A stretch of DNA of 64,000 nucleotides from Oopsacas minuta (Eukaryota > Animalia > Porifera), in assembly GCA_024704765.1 (NCBI GenBank), contig JAKMXF010000188.1, positions 615,015 to 679,014 of the forward strand. Reading direction: 5' to 3'. Shown piece after piece: positions 14,601 to 26,600 of this stretch. The position numbers and the translations under genes are program-made. Under the pieces are notes generated by a model that was not told the origin of the DNA, ran no database searches, and saw only the letters and a list, made by a program, of their open reading frames with translations. Each line of letters opens with the position of its first letter. Position 1 is the first letter of the stretch.

Positions 14601-17600
14601 ATAAGTTATAATAGCTACCAGGCTTGGACCGGGTCATGATTTCCTGACCCGGTAGAAAAGGTTGAAACCTCTGACCCGGTGACCCGGTTTCGTTATTTGA
14701 CCCGGTTTTTCAAAACATTAATTTTCTATGTTCATGCGATTTGATAACGATTAGATTTTACTAAGTTTTAATATCCAGGGATTTGGCAATTAAAATCCAG
14801 GGAAATTTGTAGAAGGGGTTGATAAGTCTGAACAAGGCATAGTGTTTTAAAACTCGCCTAGGGTCCTAATAGTTAAAGTTGGGTTATATAGCAGCTGGGG
14901 CCCTAGTGTTTTCTGTTAGCACCATATTTTTGTTCCAGAAGTCCTGAAAATATGTTCTGATTTTGATATATGAAATTTACTATATTTAAGTAACGCTAAG
15001 AACAAATTATAATTATGATTAATGGAGATAAAGATTAGAAATATAATTGGAGATATACTAAGTGAAGTCTGTCATATTATCTTCTTTTTCAATGCATCAT
15101 TAAGAAGAACTAACCCTTCCACTGTATCTGGATTCAATTTTGCCCGATCTTTCCTCGTACCGCGACCGGCAGAACTAAAGTGGCGTTCCGATTCAGCCGA
15201 ACTAGCCTGAATTACTAAAAATGACTGTGACAGGAAACTGGGAATTGGGAATCTGCAACTGTGTTCCCCCCGCCACTTTATAGGATCAAAGATATCTTCA
15301 TCATATTGGATGGAAATGATCTTTTCATAGTCTGTTAATTCTGATCTCAAATTTTCTTCATTCCAATTCGTATAATTATTAGTTGAAACTGTAGTACTAA
15401 AGTTCCTAAAGCATAAAAGTGGATCTAATCTGTTACTTTTAGGAGCTGATGGCAGAAGAGGTTCATCTACCTGATTTTCCTGAATTTGGAATTGTGGGGG
15501 AGGAATTAATTTCTCTTTAAATGCAAGTATAATACCTTCTCTTGCAGTTTTAATGAAAATGATGCGATCTTGTTTATTCTTCACGAATAGAAATGATTTT
15601 AGTGTAGGATAGAGGTAAGTTGCAATAAAATGGATAGAATTTAGAGATGTCTACACCTTTTGTACAAGTTCTTCTGTCATTATTCGTTTCAGAATACGTG
15701 TTAATGGATCATCATCTGTTTCTATTTCCCAAGCATTTTGAAGAGCATAATATGAAGGTGCCACATTCTGAATACTAGCTATAGATCCAAATTCGAGGAT
15801 ATCAAATATACGATTAAGTTTTTCAAAAAACTTCGTGACGATAGCCAAAAGATTCAAGTCTATTCCTGCAACAATGTAAACCTTATTCTTCTCTGTTAAT
15901 ATGTCTGATAACTTTCCATATGACTGCAAAATCGAGTTAAACATTGAGTAAAGACTTCTCCATGGCCTTGTCTTACCACCTCTTTTCAGTGATATAGGTA
16001 GTTCCGATTGAATTCCAGATGATTTTTTGCAAATGTAACTGCCTTATTAACGTCTTCATGAAGCTGGTCGAGTTCCTCATTTTCCATCATAGCTCGTTCC
16101 CATCCAGTTTTAATCGCGGTATTAATTCTGTGACAGGCACAATCTATCCTAATCTTTTGTGCAGTAGCAGCCACCATATTTGCTCCCTTGTCTGTTGTAA
16201 CAGGAGTATTAACAGGATCACAATATACTTCTGTTAAAATTTGATCTAGTTCCAACTCAATATTTTCAGAGGTTTTTAATTTGGAAAAAACTTTGCAAGC
16301 ATACATAGCGCGTTTGAGGGTCCATAATTCTTTACCAATATCACTCTCATCCGTACCCTGTGAAATCCAGAAAAAGGAAACATCTAGGTAACTTCGATTC
16401 ATAACATTATCTGTCCAAAGATCTGTTGTGAAAGCAACAGCATCCCTCTGTATTGGATCTTGGAGTCTAGAACAAATATCTTGTTTGATAGTAATGATCT
16501 GTTCAACTGTTGATTTTGATATAGCCTTTCGTCCAGGAAGTATATTAGAAGCACTCACATTACCATATTTAGCACCAATTCTGATCATTTCTTGAGAGAA
16601 AAGGATGAATTGTGGATTTCCAATGGTATTAAATGACAAAAATGCCCCCGCAACGAAATTCTACTAGAGATAAGAATTTTTGAGCATCCTGTTTATTTAT
16701 AATCCTTAGAACTTCTATTAAGAAGAGACGTGATTCTAACCTGTGAGGATGATGATACATCTGGACTACAATGTCGTGTGTGATCATTCAAATTCTTTGT
16801 TCCATAATCAATAATCTTACCACTGTCCATTTTCATTTTATCAATAATGCATTTGAGACAATGGTTACAGCATGATACTCCAAAAATAATGTTTCCGTTA
16901 TCGTTCAAAACTTCTGAAAAATATTTCCAACAAGTACTTATGTTCAAACGTGTGGAAGATTTTACTTTTAAGGTATAAATCTCATTTTCAACTTTCTTAC
17001 TAATACCAGCACAATCCATCTCTAAACATACAAAAGTATATTACATATCTATATACGTACATAAGAGTATATATGTATATAAGTATACAGTAGTAATGAT
17101 ACCAAACAAGTTAGTAAAATACTAATGATTCATGAAAATGAAACGTGTAACTAGTATTGACTGAATCTTTATGATTTACAAACCGTTATAATTTAATTAT
17201 CTATAAAGATATAAACCGGGTCAAGTCAAAATCAGTGACCCGGTTCAGACCCGGTAATTTATTTAAAATAGTGACCCGGTTGACCCGATGACCCGGTTTA
17301 TTCGTGACCCGGTCCAAGCCTGAGTGACACACATTATACTTCTTACATTTAGTATATTCAGAAAAATTATGATTTCGGAAGAATATGGCAAAAGGACTCA
17401 AACCCATATTACGATGGTTTGGGGCATGTACTTAAACTTTTAAAGGGCTTAACCCCTTGCCTGGAATAAATAATTAAATAAATAAATAATATTATACGGG
17501 TATTACAGTTGAAGCAGACTAAGTAGTAAGGGCTTGTAGAATAAACTGGGAACAAATGAGATACGTACATTTATCTGTAAAAATTAATTGCTAAACTTTA

Positions 17601-20600
17601 ATAATATAATTTCATTAGAATTTACCTAAATTTAGATAAAATTTTACAACTGCCCGAAACAGAACTTTTTGCTCTCATTCATCAACTTCGATCCAGGTAG
17701 TAAGATTGGGGGGTAGCCCCCAATTCAAATAGTATCTTCAGGGAAAATGGGGGAACTCCCCCTAAATAGAGCCCTACAATACTTACATACCAACTCCTTG
17801 TAACTGTTTGACTGGATATTTTTCTCAAATCCCTGAATTTTCAAGATATTCCCTAGATTTATAATTTAATATGCAAATAATATGGATTTCCCCCTTTTAT
17901 GAGAAAATATGCCAGATATTTCCAATATTTTCCCTAGATTTAGTAATTTCCCCCTTAATCCTGAGTCAAATAATCCTTGGATAATCCAGGGATCACTGGA
18001 TGGTTGGCAAGAATGAAATGTTATGTCGATTTTGTCAAATAAATGGATGGCATATTTTGATCAATCTTTCCCAATAACTTGACGACATTTTAGAGGAGTA
18101 GCAGCAAAAAAAGATTTTTGATGGTAGCCTCTCAAAATACATTCAGTTTTCTACTAATTCGAAATATAATAGATATTTTCAATATTATTGGAGGGGTCAG
18201 GCCCACCAGCGCTACGCCCACGGGTGTACCGGATGTTACATTTCCGTTGTTCGGAGGCAAAGACTAGTACTTAAAATAGGATCAATAACGGTCTACTATT
18301 GACTTTCAGAGTAGTTCGATACGTAGAAGCTGCATTTCTATTAGACATATGCTCAATCTAGTCCGTGTGACGAGGTATCCCATAGTTCAGGGGTTGCCCT
18401 CTATTTGGAAGGGCTTTTAGGAAGGTTTCACTGTATTCCTGTACAAATCACATTGGAAAAGTTAAAAATGTCCAGCAGACAGACTGGTAGTGGAGCTCAG
18501 GTTTGTGTATTTTTGTTCTTTTCAGGGCGGCAAGCACCCCCTGACCTCCCGTGCTGATGTCGACATGCACCAGATCCCGACTGATTTTGGGATGCTGGAT
18601 CTGATAAATATTTCAGGATATTCAATATTATTCATCCCCTACTGAACTTCATGTTCCATCCTCAAATCCTATGGATAAAATTCTAAATAATTATACTACA
18701 ATTACCACCTATCTAACTTTTGAAAAGAAATCTCTAGCATCAATTTGAAATGTGCAAAAAGGTGTGAAAATATAATTAATCATATAGATATAAATTTGAA
18801 AATGTTAATTTTGTAACCTAATGCTCGATTACCCCTAACTAGCAGTTAAAACGAAATCTCAAGCATGATTTTGAATAATATGCAAAAAGGTATGAAAATG
18901 TGATTAATCATAAGACAGATCTGTGAATTTGTAACTTTCAGACTCTCAAAATCTCAAAATCGGACTACGCTCCCAATTACCCTGACTAAATGTTGAAACC
19001 TAATCTCTAGCTTGCTTTTGAATTTTCATGCAAAGGTGTCAAAATATGATTAATCACCAAAAGGTGTGAAATATTCACTTTAGAAAAATTCATATCCGAG
19101 TGCCGATCTCAGACCCGAAATGCATATATATACCAATTTTCACGTAAATCTGAGTGTTGGATTTGCACGACAGTGCAGACGAACTGACTTACGGACGTCG
19201 CACATCGTCTATGCCATTAGGCCATCTTCCTAATGGAGCTTCACAAAAAATTGATCCTGCCTAGAATTCTTTTAGAATTAGAGTTAATTCATCAAAAGTA
19301 CTATGGGGACCATTTTTGGCTGGCCAAATTTTGTCTCCCGGACCAATTGTGGCGTGACAGAGCTACATAAACTTTATTTGATCTATGGGTGGGGATAGTG
19401 AGATCCGAGTATTTACAGCTAGATATATTTAACCGTATGTTCTATCTGGAATTGTTAATTGCGATCTCCGATTATGTGCAGGTTTTATGCTTGATAGCAT
19501 GTACTAGGCTAAGTGTCGCTTCCTCCCTTCCCATATTCATAAATATATGTGTTATAGTGGTGTATTTGTACAGGCAGCAGATGTCATATTATCCTCTGCA
19601 CTGATAGACAGAGAAGAGATAGTTCGCTATGAGGCAACATTACAATATATTAGACATCCCAAAGCCGATGAAATGTCAGATATCCTATCTGACTATTATA
19701 ACTACACAAAGGTCCAGCAATCTCCAGCCGGAGCAACAAATCGTAGAATCAGGAGGTTTAACATATTCAATGCTTTATCGTTCCATCTACAATCTCCAAG
19801 TTTTAATTGGAGGAAACAAATTGGGAGCGATGAATTTGGTGCTTCAATGGGTCTCATTATACGTAATGTAGTGGAGCTTGATATCAAGCCATTGTCTGGA
19901 AAATTTGAGGTTGATGTTCATAATGAAGCCTATTTCGTTGCATACATTACCTATATTAATTTAAGATTTGATATCTTTCGTGCCAGGGTTTGCTTTAAGG
20001 GGTACATCGCATATAATTTTAATATTCTGCAAGAATTTGGCATTAACTCATTTAGTGATCTAGCGAACATCTACGATAGAACAATAGGCGCTGTGGTAAC
20101 ACCAATTAAACAAGCAGTGGAGAGTTTTCGAGGAGCTTATGGCGACGTAGATGTTAGTTACATATTTGATAGACTTGTGGATGCTGTTTCTGAATTACCA
20201 TTTATCATTGATAATCTCGTGGTTTCTCCAACATTACGTAGAATCCTCCAGCAGTTACAACAACTACCGTTTATCCAGAAAGGTCTCATGTTAATAGATG
20301 ATGTCAACTCATTGTATGAGGATGTAAGGAGCGATGTTTTGATGTTTTACCAAGAGATTTCTGATTGTGTAACGGTTACATTGCCTTGGGTCGGGGAAAC
20401 AGTAAAAAAATCGATCGAAACTATTGGCAAATCGATAAAAGAGTTCTTTAGAAATCCACTCACTGCAATACGTGATGTGATTGTATCTGTATTTCAGTTA
20501 AGAACTGCAATTGATGCTGTTATTGACTGTAAAGATGTTTTGATAAAATCGGCTAAATTTGAGGGAGCTCACATACGAGGTTGGATGGAGTTATTGAACC

Positions 20601-23600
20601 ACTTGGGTGAAATATACACTTCAACAATTGAGGCTAAAGAGCTAATTATGATGCAGGCACAAATATTTTCTGAAGCTAGAGATGCTTCTACTTTCGAACA
20701 AGCCACGGGACTCAATCTGACCATTTTACGAATCAAAGTCTATGAAGATCTGAGGGTTGCCCTTGATGAATTCATTCAGCCACTTTCATCCCTCCGAAAT
20801 ATAATAGATCCCTTTATTGTCGCTTTTGCAAACGCTATTCAATTAATCAAAAACACAATAAGTGCTTATGAGACCCTGAAAAACGCATTTGAGTTGGCTA
20901 GGAATCTTATTGAACAACTTTTCGGGCTTAAATTCGATCGAAGATTTCCAAGAAAGCTAAGAGGAGATGATGGATGTGAAGTGTCAAATTGCCAGTGCGG
21001 ATTTTACCCAACAACCTCTGGAAATCCAGATACATATAAGATACATACATATAAGCCAGGCATACAGCTTGAAGTTGTAGTTTTAAAAAGTTTGGTCGCA
21101 CCAACCAATGGGTTATATTTGCGAATCCCAGATGATCGAGTACTGATTTTTCCGTCTGGCTCACTTAAAAGATACGTTATAATGATACATCATGTAGCCT
21201 TGATGGATAATATCACATATGAAGGAATCAATGTGCAGAGTGGAGAAAAGATAGGTACTGTTACGGATACAGGATGTTACCCTAACTTTATCCATGTCAC
21301 TGTAATGACGAGATCTGGAAAACCCCTCGACCCATCTAGGTTTTTAAAACCACGTTCGTTAGTATTTCCGGAATGGATAGAAGAATGTAATGACTATAAG
21401 TTAGTTGTCCTAGGCGATGTGATTCGGGAAGGAGAGGTGATTGGAAAACCTGAAAAAGAGAAGAAGAAAGAACGTGGTAGTTGCACAGATGGAGAGGAGT
21501 GTACCGACGCGAATATAGCAAAAGGAGTCCGTCCTCCAAGAAAGAGAACCTCATATACACCAAAGCATCAACAATCCATTTCTAAGAATTCTAAAGCCAA
21601 AAGCAAGTTACTAGCAAATGCTACATCGAATGGACCGAATGGGCCCATGAACCACGAGATAGATACCGATCTGAAAGAATTCCTTACAAGGGAAGATATT
21701 GAAGAGTATTCCAACTCTGGAGATTTTAGTTTGGTCGTTGGTGGTGGAAGAGGGAAAGATTATAATTTTTCTGTAAACTCAATTATACTGGGAACACTCA
21801 TCGATGCTCTATCGGATTTAGACGATCCAGAGATAAATGAGGTAATAACAACTTTGGAAAATACCATTGACTGCATACGGGAGGCAGTTGAGTGTTCAAA
21901 TGACCAGTTAATTGATCCTTCCCTACTCGATCTCACTTCTATTAAGAGCTCCCTTAAAGTTAGAGGGTTATCCGCTGAGGGAGACAAGGAACAACTTTTG
22001 GCACGACTAATAGAGTTACCTACAGATCTCTGTCCTGATATTCAAGCTGCAATCCCAAGGAATCGTTGGTGCTCAATAAGCGACGATTGCTTGACATTGA
22101 AGTGTGCTGCAGCTCTCAAATTAGACTTCCTGTCCTATTCTGTAACATTCCAAATTACATTAGATCCATGTACTTCCTCCATCATGCTGAAATTTCAAGA
22201 CTTTGAGAGAGTTATTGATCTTCCTGCAATTTCTGGTGGTTTAGAGCTGAACATACCAATTGAGTCAGTTGATTTATTAGACATTGCTACTCTTAATTTG
22301 GGTGTGAAAATAGTACGAGATGACTTAAATATCTTTCTAAACTTCAAAGCTTATCTCTGTGCTCCAGATACGACTTCTGAAGATTATTCACATTGCTTCT
22401 TTGATATTGAACTTCTAGCTAGAGCTGTATTCAAGATTCCTAGCCCGTTCAATTGTAACTCGAATGAGAGGAAAAGAGAGACTAGAGAGATTGAAACAAG
22501 TGATGTGACTTCATGTGGCATACATATCCCAGATTTTAGTAATATGACCCTTGCTGAGTTTGTTACCTACATCAAAGATCTTGGGGATATAGGATCAGCT
22601 GGTGCCTCAACTACTAACATCAACCAACTTATGCAAGACCTGAGGAATGTGTTTCTGACTGATTTGTTGGATTCAATAATTAGTGGTGAGAGTACAATTT
22701 CAGGTGAAGAGACTGATTTCCCGACTACCTTTGATATTTGTGTTATGGGATCTTTTGGAGTCCAAAAAGTCAGAAACTTTTTCACCAAAGGTCGGATTGT
22801 AATTATCGGATTTGTTCCAGTGAGTTTCCTAATTAGTCTGGATGGATTTTATGGTGTTGACTTAAACCTGAAATTGTGTTTTATAACCATGGCTGCTTCT
22901 GCGGAGGTAATACCAAGAACTGGTCTAATTTTAACGGGAAGTGTTGGACTTTCGATTGCCATAGCTGAGGTTGGAGTAAAGTTAGTTGGAAGGATCCTTG
23001 ATACAAGTCTACCAATTCAGCCCACCATTGGGTTTAAAAAGTTTCCTCTAGCACTAAGAATTCGTATTGACTTGAAAATAATACCTCTGAGCATTTCTAT
23101 ACGTTTCTTTCTAAAAATCGAATTCACTTTATTATTTATTACGGTCTCGGAGACTCTTTTCGATCACGAAGTTTTTCACTGGAGCGCACCTGCCATCCTA
23201 ATCAATCTCTTAGATGTTACTAATGCTGAACAAGATGATTCTCCTCCCCTATTTTCACCAATTGCCGACTCGACGAGATCACGGCGCTCCCTAGCGACAC
23301 CTTGTGATGTGAGTCAGATTGTAGGAAGAGACTACACAGACCCAGCATTTTTTCTTCAGATAAACGTAGCAGATGACAAGAGTCAAGTAGAACTCACTTA
23401 CTCTGTGGGTACATATCCAGGAGGAAATGACGTAGTTAGAGATGATAGAATGAATGGCAATACTGTATTAATTGCTAGGCAATTACTATCCAGTATTCCT
23501 CTCTATTGGACAGCAAAGGCCTCCAACTCTCAGGGAGTGTCTGCCGCCAGTGAATGTAGTCTCCCAACTTATGATACTACTCTTCCAATTGGTCGAGTAG

Positions 23601-26600
23601 ATTTCATGGAGTACATATATTCCAGTCACCCGTCAATACTCATTGGAGAGACTACTATTATCGACGATACAAACTTAAAGAGACACTTACAAGCTATTGG
23701 TTATGGACTTGGTCCTTTTGGTGACCAGACAGTTGGATTCATTTCATTTGACTTCGAACCTAATACTCCCATCAGTGTGAGTGGCACGATTGAGAATTTT
23801 ATCGCAGTGTTAAACAAACGGTTAGGTGTAATACCATTCAAAGTTTCCAGTGGTAAAGAGCTCGAGGAATGTGCAACAGACTGTCTGCAATTCCCTACTA
23901 AATGCTTCTCCTTCAACTATGCACCAGTTTCTCATATATGCGAGCTACTCAATGATATTGGCGGAGATTCTAGTCTGGAATTCGCATACGATCTTCAATA
24001 CAGTTACTATGAGAAGAGGGGAGTAGGGTATCGTGCAAGTTTGAAGCATGATAACCTCCCATTAGTACACAACACACTGTACTTTCTAAATATATATCTC
24101 ATGAATGAGCTCTTGTATGAGAGGTACCTCCACTCACCAGGAATTCTCATCGACTTTACTCCACCTGAACCTGGAATGATTGTGAATGCTAGCATGAACG
24201 AGACAAGACATGATGGTTGTTCAGCTGCATTTAATCAGAGATGTGAACCTCCTCAGTATGTAACTCCACTGAAGTATCATCATGTTTTACAAGATGGCGC
24301 TGGATCTGAATGTGTGTATAATGGTCCTGTAATAGGTACTGATAAGATGTATACCAGACAGAATTCTTTCTTGAGCATAGTATTCCATGGATTTCATGAT
24401 TTAGAAAGTGGTGAGTTTGCTTGTTATTATATTACTAATAGTATACCAAAAACAGTGGAACTTGCATAATCCGATACTCGTCGGGACATGAAAATAACGT
24501 CGGATTAGTAAATTGTCGGGTTACAGTGGATACCGCTTATAAGAAATTTCTATATAGCAGTATTAACAGGCTTGCCGTGGAGATGAAATATCCCAGCCAT
24601 ACTCCATATCCATATGCATTTCTGAGCCATTTTAAGTGGATATCCATAGATATTGTTAAAACCCGAGGACTGTTAGCGTTGGGTATCCGTAGATGCCCTG
24701 TTGCTTAGACTCCTTCTTGGTACAGGTTTCCTGGTGGACTTCCACTACGGTTATGCCATTCGTTTTTATCCATTTTCTGTAGGTCAAATCGTACCACACG
24801 AATGTTTTGGAACAATATCCACATTAGAGATACATCCCGTACATGTAGAATTATAGATGTAGACTTGTCCCAGAATCTTTCGATGATCACATCGCGACTG
24901 ATCTTTGGAATTCCATATATAATTTTGTAAAGTTAATCGTCAGAACTTACGATAGGAAACTACATGACTTTGTCATGATTACTCAATTAGTATAAGTTTT
25001 CAACGATTAGGTGAAAAGAAATAGTATTACAGGCGACAACCCTTAAGGAAAACATTTGTTCGAATTAGTGAAAGTTCGAACTATTACGGGTATTCGTATT
25101 CACTGCTGTTGACTGTATAATGCATATTGCCAATTATTTGCCAATTATCGTAAATATTTGGAAGTATGGACATCTACAATATCCATGGATATGACCAAAG
25201 CTCGTTTGGCTAAAATATTTTCGGATTTTAAAGGTATCCCGGATTATTTGTGACAAAAACAAATACTTCAATGTTTGTACAGGTAAACCTCTTTTTACGC
25301 GGTAGATGCGTTCAATGATGAAAAGTCCGCTTAAAAAAATATGACAATTCTCATAGAAACACATATGAATCTTTTATAGATGCTTTTCCAAATAGATATC
25401 AAAATCATTTGTTCGAGGAACTTTAAATTGGATATACAGTCGAAATCGGGGTATTTCGCCTCCCTGGGTATTATTGCAATTGCTTGTTTCTCCTTAATAC
25501 TATTTAATTACAAAACGAATTTAGTATATTTGCTACCGGTTTTTTGCGTATCGGGGTTTTTTTGCTGCCTTGATCATGTAAAAAATTGCCTCTCTGTTTC
25601 TTGCCCTCTTACAAGTGTCAAGTGATCCAAAACTCCCGATTTCGATTGCAGTTTCATTGGTCAACATTATTGAACATTGATAATTGAGTTACTATACTTA
25701 AATTATTATTTTTGTTGTCTCTGTACTACATACATTAATTCGACGGACGTAAAGACTAAGAAATTTCACCTTCTAAGCAACTATTGCTTTAGTGGTTGAA
25801 AAGGCGGTTTTTTGCCTCATTTTCCGTGCATTTTGGGGAAAAAACCGATTTCGACTGTATTTGAGAATAATGTTTGAATTCAGAATCTGGAAATAGGAAT
25901 CGTATAATTATATACGTATAATCATTTCTAGATGTTCTCATATTGTATTTATTATATCAGATAGCTTAATATTCGAATTCGTCCTTATCTTAGAGCTCAA
26001 CGAACACGTTACTTTCGAATACGAACAGTTCGTACTTCGTAACCAAGGAAAAGTTTGTCATTGATTTTTGTGTCATCAACAATATTTATGTGAATTGTTC
26101 CCTTCCAGATGCATTATTTCGTTTTTTCGATTTGAGTGTTGAAAATATTCCAAATGCTAAATCGGTTGATGCATAGTAGAAATGTTTAGCTTTGTAGCAT
26201 TTTGTGAATTAATTAATTAATGAAATTTGCAAGGCCGCGGAAAATGGAATTGTACTATAACCCAGCTGCTAAGACCTTAATATTAGGCGAATTGTTCATT
26301 TTTTGAAGAAAGTGACATTTTTGGTCCAGATATAGCTTATGGCATCTTAATTTGATAGGAAAGGGGACCCACTCTGGATCTTCCCTATTTCGGGAAAAAT
26401 TTCCCCAAATGTTGACATAATGGCCGCAGGGCGACAAATTTGCACTTGAATTATTCCAAAACGATTTGATGGATCGAATAGGTCAAAAAAGCAAAATTCT
26501 ATTACATTGTGCTATCTTACCAGAAAAACAGCTTTCGTGATGACTAGAAATCATTTGAGAAAGTTATACAGATATTTGAATATTCCCCCAGTGTCTGGAC

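Larger units (their letters stand above)
5615..19900 (+). other. Vitellogenin_N / large lipid transfer (LLT) module of the giant protein (exons 1-7 and start of exon 8)
   Basis: Motifs in LLT order: FCVGSQYEYSYSSE, WFSFYQRQDGLISKV, EERAVLQLKKAVTSSFS, IIDAFGMC, AVLALGSM, LIDSLGNAA, EIVRYEA, YIRHP. Confidence 0.7.

Noticed and set aside
14640-14710. CRISPR-like or iteron-like short repeats
   Set aside because: These are irregularly spaced transposase-binding repeats of the hAT end in a eukaryotic genome.
17201-17407. 68-aa ORF with RVT repeats
   Set aside because: The periodicity comes from the hAT subterminal TGACCCGG repeats.
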